Virus record (IMG/VR): IMGVR_UViG_3300049491_000465
Span: 13,885-77,884 of that record
Origin: a virus
Reading direction: 5' to 3' (one strand)
Length of the DNA stretch: 64,000 nt
Positions 1-8,558 of this stretch are shown here, piece by piece. Numbering within the stretch: position 1 is the first letter of the stretch; each line of letters opens with the position of its first letter. The notes beneath the pieces were generated by a model. That model was not told the DNA's origin. It searched no databases and saw nothing but the letters and a program-made list of their open reading frames with translations. The position numbers and the translations under genes were made by a program.

Positions 1-771
1 ACTGAGCAAAGTATCCGGAATTCGGCATTGGTAACTGAGATTATCTTCTATGATCATGAACAGACCAAACGAAGAGTTTGTAACAGACTAATCAATCTTT
101 GCCGAAGAGCATGGAAAGATGGAAAACATGGATCCTATGTTTTAGGAGATTTCGCACAAGAACTCTTTAACATACCAGCTAATGCATTGGAAAGAGCTGA
201 CTACCTTGTATTCGCAAGTGATAGCGGTCAGGAGGAAAGAGCTTTAAATGATCTTAAACAATTGTCAATGGCACAATACCAAAAAGGTATGTTGTCATTC
301 TCAAATATTGTTAAACTGTACAACACAGATAATCTTCGGGAAATGGAGGCTAAAGTTGAGCAGTATGAAGAGATAGCTTTAAAGAGAGCTGAAGCAGTAG
401 GTGAAACACAGAGACAGCATGATATTCAATTAAAGCAAATGGACCAGGAGTTTAAAGCTATGATTGATAAGCAAGCTGATGATGCTAAAATGATCATGGC
501 TGAACTTGAAAAAGCTAAGTTCGAATGGGAAATGCAGAAATTTGGAATGGATCAACAACTTAAAAAATACGAAGTTGATGCTAAAAATAATATTGACAAT
601 AAAAACATCGATACAGAGAGAGATGTTGAGTTGGCATATCTTGAACAGCAGAAAAAAGAAGCTAATCAAGAAGTTCAAATAGCAAGAGCAGATTTAGCAA
701 TGAGAGGCGTTGAGGCTACTGAGTCTCAACTCGATCAATCTCGAAAACAAAAAGAGAGTATAAAAGATTGA
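1..771 (+). CDS. Portal protein, C-terminal part (5' truncated by window edge)
   Basis: Frame 1 is open from base 1 (TEQSIRNSALVTEIIFYDHE...), followed by a long coiled-coil tail; lies directly before the scaffold and MCP genes as in crAss-like phages. Confidence 0.75.
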   Translation, partial: TEQSIRNSALVTEIIFYDHEQTKRRVCNRLINLCRRAWKDGKHGSYVLGDFAQELFNIPANALERADYLVFASDSGQEERALNDLKQLSMAQYQKGMLSFSNIVKLYNTDNLREMEAKVEQYEEIALKRAEAVGETQRQHDIQLKQMDQEFKAMIDKQADDAKMIMAELEKAKFEWEMQKFGMDQQLKKYEVDAKNNIDNKNIDTERDVELAYLEQQKKEANQEVQIARADLAMRGVEATESQLDQSRKQKESIKD

Positions 772-799
772 AAATTATACACTTAATTCTCTATATTTG
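768..799 (+). promoter_or_regulatory. Putative Bacteroidota primary-sigma promoter
   Basis: TTG at 768-770 and TATATTTG at 792-799 (fits -33 TTTG / -7 TAnnTTTG) upstream of the 844 ORF. Confidence 0.5.
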
Positions 800-843
800 C
801 TTGAAAGATTTAAGAATAAAAGAAACAAGAAAAACCAAATGTT

Positions 844-1995
844 ATGAGTGATAATATGAACAACGGTCAAGGCCAAAATACAGATCCATCATTAGAGGTT
901 AACTTTGATGCTTTATCTGCTCCGGAAGGACAGTATAATCCATTTATTCATGGCGATGGTAATGGAAACGTAAATAATTCTGGTTCTAACGAACCGGGTG
1001 AACCGAGCATTCCAGGAAGTACTGAAGATCTTATTAATGGACTTCCTAACTTAGATAAGGAATTCAATCAACAGCAATTAGATCAACAGAATCAACAGCA
1101 AAGCCAAGATCAGCAACAGAATCAGAATCAAGATCCTAATGCTGGGCAAAACAATAATCAACAGCAAACTTCCGGTGATTACTGGATGAAGCCGTTTGAG
1201 CAAATAAAAGCAGCTAATCCTGAATGGGAAATCCCCCAAGGATTGAACGAAGAGAACTACCTTCAAACTCTTCAGGAAATATTTACGCCAGAACTTCATC
1301 CTGAAGTCGTGAAAATACAAGAGGCAATTGATAAAGGAGTTACTTTTGATCAAGTTGTTGAGGCGTATAAAGGAGGTAACGATATGTCGAAAATGACAGA
1401 TCGTGAAATGATGGATCAGCATTTCAAAAATTCTTACAAGGATTGGGACGATGCTAAAATCAAAGAAGTTCTTGATAAGATGGAGAATTCCGGTTATCTT
1501 GAAATTGAAGCCGGTAGGCTTAGAAAAGAGATCAACGAGCAACAGTCAAGTGCTCTTGACAATATGACGAAAACTTTTGAGCAACAACGCTCTCAAGAAG
1601 TCGCAAGGATCAATGATGAGCGTTCAAAGCAAATCAATGAATCACTCAATATAATCAACAAAGCAAATGATGTTTATGGTCTACCACTAAGTCAATCTGA
1701 AAAGGTAGAGTTCAGTGAATATTTCGCTAAGTTGGTTACTCCAGACGAAACTGGTATGGCCCCTATGTTCCGGGAATTGCAAAGCAATGAAACATTGGTG
1801 AAAGTAGCAGCTATGTTATGGAAAGGTGATTCAAAAATCCGTGCAGCTTTAACGAGTGCTAAAGAATCTGGTAAAGCATCAGTTCTTGATAAGCTTGATA
1901 AAACTCCGAATAATGTTCAGAGAGGTGGCGGTAATCAAGATCCAACCCAAGTAGATTTCGATGCATTGTCAGCTCCAGAGCGATTGATGCATTGA
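844..1995 (+). CDS. Putative capsid scaffolding protein (acidic, Q/N-rich N-terminal half, coiled coil)
   Basis: Between portal and MCP; low-complexity acidic N-terminus, helical C-terminus; FDALSAPE motif at both termini. Confidence 0.6.
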   Translation: MSDNMNNGQGQNTDPSLEVNFDALSAPEGQYNPFIHGDGNGNVNNSGSNEPGEPSIPGSTEDLINGLPNLDKEFNQQQLDQQNQQQSQDQQQNQNQDPNAGQNNNQQQTSGDYWMKPFEQIKAANPEWEIPQGLNEENYLQTLQEIFTPELHPEVVKIQEAIDKGVTFDQVVEAYKGGNDMSKMTDREMMDQHFKNSYKDWDDAKIKEVLDKMENSGYLEIEAGRLRKEINEQQSSALDNMTKTFEQQRSQEVARINDERSKQINESLNIINKANDVYGLPLSQSEKVEFSEYFAKLVTPDETGMAPMFRELQSNETLVKVAAMLWKGDSKIRAALTSAKESGKASVLDKLDKTPNNVQRGGGNQDPTQVDFDALSAPERLMH

Positions 1996-2033
1996 TGAAT
2001 TAAATTATTGTTGAATTTAAAAAAAGGTACGAG

Positions 2034-3488
2034 ATGAAAATTATCGGTACTGGCACATACGATGCCAACAGGACCACAATGACAAACTCCCTTGCGGCAG
2101 CTCTTTTGACTCGCCCGGAGATTTCGTCAAACGTGGTGAATTTATTTGAGGACAATTTTACAGCGTTCTCATCTTACCTCGCACGAAGAGGTTTTATGAA
2201 AAAAGGTCTGACTCCCGGATTAGAAACATCTGATTTCAAAGTGATTGGAAACCGAAAGTTCATGTGGGCTTTGAAAGGTTATCCTTTCCGAAAAGGAAGA
2301 ATCGTTGTTGATGCTACCGATGCAAATGGTGGTGCAACAGCACAACCGGGTGTTAATCAATCAGTGTTCATCATTACTTTGGATACTAATTTCTTTTCAC
2401 CAAATGATACTTTGGAATTGGGAGATCGTAGAACGATCGTTCAAGTCATGGATGAGTATCCGGTGGAAGTGGGTTCAGGAAACTGGAAATACAAAGTGAA
2501 GTTAGTTACCAATGTTCAAGGTGCATGGGTTGATCCTACTCTTGTCTCTGCTGACAGAGAAGTTGGTTTCAGTTACACTGCGTTCCCGGAACTTTCTGAA
2601 ACTGGTTACGAGAAAAACACATTCCCTGAGTGGCATACAAACTACATGACTATCCAACGTATGCAATTCTCAATTTCTGGTTCTGCACAGAACACAGTAT
2701 TGTGGGTTGAGCACAATGGTCAAAAATTGTGGTTTAAGCAACAAGAGATGGACATGCTTCGTCGTTGGGCTTATGCTCGTGAGAATCAATTGATTTTCGG
2801 TAAAGCATCTATTGATGCAAACGAAAATGTATTGCTTCGTGACTTGAAAGGTCGTGAGATCATCCAGGGAGATGGTATCGTTGCACAAGGAGATTCTTCA
2901 TTGAAATTCCAGTACAACAACTTGAATGTAAAAACTCTTGAGAACATCATGCAGAACTTACAATTGTTGTCTAACAACGATGGTATGACTGAGGTGTTTG
3001 TAATGGGTGGTCAAGCATTCGTTTGGAACTTCCAACGATTGATGCGTGATGTATTCAAGTACAATCCTACTCCATTATTTGTTTCTGAAGGAGACAAAGA
3101 AAAAGGAGTTAAAGTGGCTTTCAACAGCTACGAGATGGGTGGTGTTAAGTTGGTTGTTGCTTGGAATAAAGCAATGGACGCAGCTTGGAGACCGCAAGAG
3201 AAAGATATCTATGGTGTAAACCTTGAGTCTTATCGTGGATTCTTCGTGAGTCTTGGTAACACTATCGGAGGTGATGCAAACGTAGATCTTGTTGCTCTTG
3301 GTAACGGATCTGATGATCGTCGATATGTGAAAAAGATTATCGACGGTATGTCCACTCCACAAGGATCTGGTCGTCGTGAATTCGCTTCAAATTCAGTTGA
3401 TGGATACCAAGTACAGATCTTGTCTGAGACAGGTCTTTGCTTGAAAAATCCATTCGGATTTGCTGAGATCTACAAACCAAGAGGATAA
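2034..3488 (+). CDS. Major capsid protein (crAss-like)
   Basis: 484 aa, synteny after portal and scaffold, strongly biased codon usage, crAss-MCP-like segments (FMWALKG, ELSETG, NSVDGYQVQILSETGLCLKNP). Confidence 0.85.
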   Translation: MKIIGTGTYDANRTTMTNSLAAALLTRPEISSNVVNLFEDNFTAFSSYLARRGFMKKGLTPGLETSDFKVIGNRKFMWALKGYPFRKGRIVVDATDANGGATAQPGVNQSVFIITLDTNFFSPNDTLELGDRRTIVQVMDEYPVEVGSGNWKYKVKLVTNVQGAWVDPTLVSADREVGFSYTAFPELSETGYEKNTFPEWHTNYMTIQRMQFSISGSAQNTVLWVEHNGQKLWFKQQEMDMLRRWAYARENQLIFGKASIDANENVLLRDLKGREIIQGDGIVAQGDSSLKFQYNNLNVKTLENIMQNLQLLSNNDGMTEVFVMGGQAFVWNFQRLMRDVFKYNPTPLFVSEGDKEKGVKVAFNSYEMGGVKLVVAWNKAMDAAWRPQEKDIYGVNLESYRGFFVSLGNTIGGDANVDLVALGNGSDDRRYVKKIIDGMSTPQGSGRREFASNSVDGYQVQILSETGLCLKNPFGFAEIYKPRG

Positions 3489-3535
3489 TCTCAAAAGAAA
3501 AAAGAATTAAGGACCCAGATAAAAGACTTTAAGAA

Positions 3536-4393
3536 ATGGAAGCTTTAACATCAAATATTAAAAGACTGGTGGCAACTGATAAAAAGTATCATGAGGCCCC
3601 AGTCTTCATTGCTCCGAAGGAGGATTCGAAGACAAGAAAACCAATTGATTACGCTGCTCGATTGAGTGATGCTCAAAGAGAGAAGCTGACAATTACTCTT
3701 GCTCCGAAAGAAGATCGTGATGGAAACATCGTTGACGAAATGGTTATCAGAATTGGTCATCTTCATGTCTTTGACTTGAGTATGCCAAATGATGCCTTAC
3801 TTTTCGAAGTAGTCAAAGATGACGAAATGATCGCCGCTTCTAAGGCTCATGTGAACCCCACGGTTCATCGTTTCTACATTGAGGATAAAGAGAAAGAAGC
3901 TGTTGCTACTATCAGTAAGTCCAAATTGAAGAAACAAGCGTTTGCTGTCATCGATGGTTTATCCATTGATCAAATGGCAAATTACGCTAAGATCCTTGGG
4001 AAGTTTGTACAATCACTTTCTGCAACTCAGATTGAATCTGCTTTGTATGAGATTGCTGAAGACAAACCACAATTGATCCTTGATGTGAATAATGATAAGG
4101 ATCTCAAATACAAGATCTTCTTGAAGAAATGTATTGAGAAAAATTATCTTCACATGGACAATGGGAAGTACATGAATGGTAAAGATCTTGTTGGAGTAAA
4201 TGAAGATTACGCTATCCAATGGCTAAAAGATCCACAGAACGCTACTATTGTAAGCCAGTGGGGATCTATGTTTGAAGGTAGAAACGTCAGCAATTACGAC
4301 CCAATTAAAGATCAGAATTTTGATGATGCTCCCAAGAAGGTAGGTGCCAAAGGTGCAACTACCAAAGCGAATGAAAGCAAAACTGACGAGTAA
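3536..4393 (+). CDS. Conserved crAss-like protein downstream of MCP
   Basis: 285-aa ORF in the conserved post-MCP position; function not assignable. Confidence 0.55.
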   Translation: MEALTSNIKRLVATDKKYHEAPVFIAPKEDSKTRKPIDYAARLSDAQREKLTITLAPKEDRDGNIVDEMVIRIGHLHVFDLSMPNDALLFEVVKDDEMIAASKAHVNPTVHRFYIEDKEKEAVATISKSKLKKQAFAVIDGLSIDQMANYAKILGKFVQSLSATQIESALYEIAEDKPQLILDVNNDKDLKYKIFLKKCIEKNYLHMDNGKYMNGKDLVGVNEDYAIQWLKDPQNATIVSQWGSMFEGRNVSNYDPIKDQNFDDAPKKVGAKGATTKANESKTDE

Positions 4394-4406
4394 AAACTGA
4401 TACACC

Positions 4407-5129
4407 ATGTTGATCACTGCTCAAAATATGTTCACGTTGTTTCTTGATCTCCTCAATAAAGAGGAGACAGGAACCGTGACACCTGCTGAATTCAATAGAT
4501 TGATAAACAATTCCCAAGAGGAATTGGTAAAGAATAAATATCATGAAGTTGAGTTGACTCAGAAAAGAGTAGATGATCTAAGAATTTTAGAAGTTAGAGA
4601 TGTTCTTCCTAATGTAGGAGTGAATGTTCCTGGTGGTGAAATTTTTGAATTGCCTTATAGCGAAACAGGAATGGTAACAACCCCAGGAAATCCTAATGGA
4701 GATAATCATGGTTATATGTTTTTATTGAATGTAGCATTCAGGATTCAATATGTAAACAATAAATGTAAGCATACTGGAATCTCAAAACCCTTAAAGACAA
4801 AGCGAATGACTGCTGATAAGGAATATGAGATAGATAGTGATCCATACAACAAACCAACTGATGAACGGTTGTATCACAAAATGATTGGTAATACAATCAG
4901 ATGCATTACAGGAACAGAATCGTTTGGTGTTGAAGCTTATATTGATTACTTGAGATATCCGAGACAAATCAATGTTCCGGTTCCAAATGCAAATCAGGAT
5001 ATTCCATGTGAACTTCCATTGCATTTGAGAGAGGAGATTGTAAGAATTGCTGTCAGAAAGAAACTTGGTATCTACGAATCACCGAGATACCAACAATCAA
5101 TTGCTGAAGATGCTCAGTCAATAACGTAA
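4407..5129 (+). CDS. Putative head-tail ring (connector) protein
   Basis: Motifs EFNRLIN, YIDYLRYP, CELPLHLREEIVRIAV resemble crAss ring proteins; synteny. Confidence 0.6.
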   Translation: MLITAQNMFTLFLDLLNKEETGTVTPAEFNRLINNSQEELVKNKYHEVELTQKRVDDLRILEVRDVLPNVGVNVPGGEIFELPYSETGMVTTPGNPNGDNHGYMFLLNVAFRIQYVNNKCKHTGISKPLKTKRMTADKEYEIDSDPYNKPTDERLYHKMIGNTIRCITGTESFGVEAYIDYLRYPRQINVPVPNANQDIPCELPLHLREEIVRIAVRKKLGIYESPRYQQSIAEDAQSIT

Positions 5130-5153
5130 AAATAATTTTTAAATCTAAAAGAA

Positions 5154-5924
5154 ATGTTAAGAAGACATGCCGATAGGATTTTGATTAACTCAATCAATCC
5201 TGCACTAATCACAAACGTAGTTCCTGGTGTATCGTTGACGATCGAAGGATACGGAACTTTGACTGTTGCTGGTCAAGTAGAGTCTCATAAAGAGTGCACA
5301 ACTCCGGAAATCGCTAAAGTTGTTGGTGTTACAGTTGTAATTCCAGTATCATGCGAATGTCCTTACGAGTGGTGTATGACTGTTGAGTGCTTGCCAAACC
5401 TTAAAAATTATGAGGTTCAAACAACATTCCCTGCTATTCGTACTTATTGTTACGAAGATCCTGCTGGTGGAACTCCGACTGCTGCTGCTACTGCTGCTGC
5501 TATCACTGCTTCCATCAACAACGATCCTTTCTCTTGTGTTACTGCTTCTGTTGTTGGAACTGTAATCACATTGACAGGGAAACCTGGTGTGAATTTCAAT
5601 GCTTACACAGCTTCAGGGGCCGTTGCGGAGGTAACTCCTTACACTCCTGCTTTGATTGATTCAGAGTATATGGCTCGTTTGTTCCCAATTCGTCATGGTT
5701 CTTTTGGTTCTCAACCAAATTTACCTCTTCCTGGAAGCGACTATTGTGAGTATCACTTCACAATTCGTAAGCAATCTGATGTTCAGGATGTTGACGGTGC
5801 GAATCATTGGAATGATTACGAAAAAGAAGTTTACTTCTATGTTCGTCCTGATGATGCGAACTACGCAGCATTCGATACTCCTGTTGCAGGATTAATTCCA
5901 ATTGCTAACGGTGGTACTCTATAA
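5154..5924 (+). CDS. Putative auxiliary capsid/structural protein, Cys-containing, beta-rich
   Basis: Codon usage as biased as the MCP gene; TAAATAAAITASIN...VITLTG segment typical of structural proteins. Confidence 0.45.
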   Translation: MLRRHADRILINSINPALITNVVPGVSLTIEGYGTLTVAGQVESHKECTTPEIAKVVGVTVVIPVSCECPYEWCMTVECLPNLKNYEVQTTFPAIRTYCYEDPAGGTPTAAATAAAITASINNDPFSCVTASVVGTVITLTGKPGVNFNAYTASGAVAEVTPYTPALIDSEYMARLFPIRHGSFGSQPNLPLPGSDYCEYHFTIRKQSDVQDVDGANHWNDYEKEVYFYVRPDDANYAAFDTPVAGLIPIANGGTL

Positions 5925-6271
5925 TGAGTTTCACTGAATTAATAGTGGCAATATCCCTATTCTGTCTTGGTCTTCGTGAGGTAACTGACGAAATAGATCA
6001 AGGCAGGATAGGGTATCCTATTAGACGGTGGTTCATAGATCAAGAATGGATTCCATTATTTATCGCAAAGCCTATCATTCTTTGTGTGGCTTGTATGGCA
6101 AGTTTCTGGGGATCCATTATTTACTGGTCTATTGTTTATTATCAATCCAACAACTTCGATTTTATTTCTGATCCAATGACGTATATCAAGTGGATTTTTT
6201 GCTGTACATCAGCTTCATTTGTAAACACATTATTCTGGACAATAAGAAATAGATTCATCGGGGTTTCTTGA
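5924..6271 (+). CDS. Small membrane protein with CxxC (DUF1360-like)
   Basis: About three hydrophobic segments; KPIILCVACMASFWG motif. Confidence 0.5.
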   Translation: MSFTELIVAISLFCLGLREVTDEIDQGRIGYPIRRWFIDQEWIPLFIAKPIILCVACMASFWGSIIYWSIVYYQSNNFDFISDPMTYIKWIFCCTSASFVNTLFWTIRNRFIGVS

Positions 6272-6281
6272 TTAATTAGTT

Positions 6282-6947
6282 ATGTCAAAGACTCTTGCTG
6301 AAGTAGGATATAGCATCCGAAATCAAATTAAAGGTTACTTCTCAACTGATGATGAGCGAATTGATATTCAACTTATCTATGACAAGTGTTGGGATGTAAG
6401 ATCTATTTTACTGAAAGAAGAGTATCGTCAATTCAAGAAGATAAATGATCAAGATTTTACTACTGAGTGCTGCCTTGAGGTTCAATGTAGCAGTATCGTA
6501 TGCAACGGAATTGATTCCGGAGTAAAAGAATTTTTCGTTCAGATACCAAAAATTGAAGCTTCCATTGGTTACGATGGAATTAAATATTTTGGTACAGTTG
6601 ATAAGAAGACTCCATTCAGAAGAGTTAATTATCAAGGACACATGTTTTCCGGCCATGAGAAATATACCGGTAGAGCACCAATGTTCACTCTGGTTGATGA
6701 TAAAGCAATATTGTCAAACATGCCAACGTCAGGTATGAAGTTCGTCTGCCTCATTGCTATTTTCGAAGATCCAAGAGGTATATGTAATGAAAATGATCCA
6801 TTCCCATTAGCAAGACATTTAGTTCACAAACTTGAATTGATTGTTATTCAACAATTGATGAGCACAATTCAAATAGGACCAGATGAAACTAATAATGGAA
6901 GAGACAATTCTCCGGATCAATTACAGAAACAAAGCCGTGTAGAGTAA
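6282..6947 (+). CDS. Putative tail ring protein
   Basis: crAss ring-like pattern (STDDERID...RSILLK, AIFEDP, DETNNGRD); synteny. Confidence 0.55.
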   Translation: MSKTLAEVGYSIRNQIKGYFSTDDERIDIQLIYDKCWDVRSILLKEEYRQFKKINDQDFTTECCLEVQCSSIVCNGIDSGVKEFFVQIPKIEASIGYDGIKYFGTVDKKTPFRRVNYQGHMFSGHEKYTGRAPMFTLVDDKAILSNMPTSGMKFVCLIAIFEDPRGICNENDPFPLARHLVHKLELIVIQQLMSTIQIGPDETNNGRDNSPDQLQKQSRVE

Positions 6948-7342
6948 TGGAAAATACAAACATAATAAAGCAGGTAAATCACAAAGGACATGTGACATTC
7001 CAGAATCGTGTTTACATGGCTGGTGTTCTTTTTAAGATCAACAGTCAATGGCCTTTTGATATGGTTGTATGGCTTCGTGTTGGTTGTGGTTGTAGCGGTT
7101 CTACATTCCAAGATATAAAACATTATCGTGTATTAGCAAGTGGACATGCAATACTTATAGATGCAAGGTACGTTGTTGAAACTACCGTTCCTATACCTAT
7201 TGAAAGTCAAGACTTTGATGAGGCACGAAGAGAACAGCATTTGAATCCAGGAACAGATTTCACAGACATTGTGGCTCATCCGGATCCAGATGCAATAAGA
7301 GCATTAGCAAATGGTCAAGCTATTGATCGTTTCAAACATTAG
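6947..7342 (+). CDS. Hypothetical protein
   Basis: 131-aa ORF translationally coupled (TAATG) to the previous gene; contains GCGC. Confidence 0.6.
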   Translation: MENTNIIKQVNHKGHVTFQNRVYMAGVLFKINSQWPFDMVVWLRVGCGCSGSTFQDIKHYRVLASGHAILIDARYVVETTVPIPIESQDFDEARREQHLNPGTDFTDIVAHPDPDAIRALANGQAIDRFKH

Positions 7343-7351
7343 ATAAACAGA

Positions 7352-7804
7352 ATGAAGTACAAAAGATGGTACTGTTTAGATCATGCTTATACGCATAAAG
7401 TCAATTACATTGACGATGTGTTTGATTTAAAGAGGTTTAAAAAGCGTTCTTTTACAGATTTCAAAGAGTTACTTAATATGCCAAAGGAAAGAGAGGCAAA
7501 GCAAAAAGCAAAAAATGTTTTAACTTCTTTTCTAAAAACTCTTGCTCAAGATATCATTGTTAAAAATGAAATATTTGTTCTTCCGTGTGTGAATTTTGGT
7601 TACATAAAAATAACCAATACAGCAGATCCGAGAAGAAAAGATTATTTCTACGACATAGAATCTGAAGGTAAGATTTTTACACCTAAATTGACTCTTGATA
7701 ATCGTGTAGTTAAAATGAACAAAAAACATTACAAGTTAAGGTTTAATCAAAACCTCAGAATTCAAATGATGAATTTGATTAAGTCAGGACATAAATACAT
7801 GTGA
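7352..7804 (+). CDS. IHF/HU-like basic DNA-binding protein (crAss structural-module type)
   Basis: Basic; helix followed by FVLPCVNFGYIKI (HU/IHF-like F-G-x-hydrophobic strand); conserved position before the tail ring gene. Confidence 0.55.
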   Translation: MKYKRWYCLDHAYTHKVNYIDDVFDLKRFKKRSFTDFKELLNMPKEREAKQKAKNVLTSFLKTLAQDIIVKNEIFVLPCVNFGYIKITNTADPRRKDYFYDIESEGKIFTPKLTLDNRVVKMNKKHYKLRFNQNLRIQMMNLIKSGHKYM

Positions 7805-7805
7805 T

Positions 7806-8558
7806 ATGAGCGACAATTTCAATAATCCGGCATATACTGTCAACATTAGTGTTGATCCGAGCTTGAGAGCCCTTAATGATAACTCTGTCAATCTCACATG
7901 TAACGATGGTAGTTCAATAAATTTCCAGGCAAGTTCAGTTGAAGAAGTTGGTTCTGGAAAATATTCTTCGGTAAAAAATGTTGCCGCAAGAATAGCAAGA
8001 AATGTTAAAGGAAAAGAGTTTGACATTTACGATATCGCAGAATGGTGTGGTGAATGTGAGACTGATGAAATTGGCATGTATGAAGGTTTTGCTAAGTATC
8101 GCAATGTACCAATACAGGTCAAAAATAATAAAGGGTATGTCCCTTGCAATGTGTACCGGTTATTAAGTGTTCACAGAAATAAATGTTCTGTTGCTAAATA
8201 CGACTGGGATGGTGCATTTCTTCGATTCAACTTTGATGATCCAGGAACGATGAATAGTGAATACACTGTTTACATCGATTACCTTGGTGTGAAAGTTGAC
8301 AGTGAAGGATTGCCAATGATCTTAGATGGACATCAAGAAGCTTGCTTCTGGTACTGCATGACTAAGATCTATTTCGAAGATTATATGAATGGCCTTACTC
8401 CGGAAAATAGATTCATGTTTCTCCAGGATCGTCTTGGTCATTATGTAAGTAAAGCAAAAACTTCATTCAGATATGTCACAAGAGATGATATGAATGAGAT
8501 CCAGAGAATCATGCATAATCTGGTTCCTAAAGTGAAAATGTCAAGAAATGTAGGGTAA
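7806..8558 (+). CDS. Tail tubular/ring protein (P22 gp4-like position)
   Basis: KYSSVKNV..., DIAEW, VYIDYLG...DSEGLPMI...EACFWYC pattern; synteny after the IHF-like gene. Confidence 0.6.
   Translation: MSDNFNNPAYTVNISVDPSLRALNDNSVNLTCNDGSSINFQASSVEEVGSGKYSSVKNVAARIARNVKGKEFDIYDIAEWCGECETDEIGMYEGFAKYRNVPIQVKNNKGYVPCNVYRLLSVHRNKCSVAKYDWDGAFLRFNFDDPGTMNSEYTVYIDYLGVKVDSEGLPMILDGHQEACFWYCMTKIYFEDYMNGLTPENRFMFLQDRLGHYVSKAKTSFRYVTRDDMNEIQRIMHNLVPKVKMSRNVG

Noticed and set aside
5383-5659. Cys-rich (MLRRSCWWNSDCCCYCCC) and Leu-rich alternative-frame ORFs
   Set aside because: Frame-shifted readings of the GCT/ACT (Ala/Thr) codon run in the 5154-5924 gene
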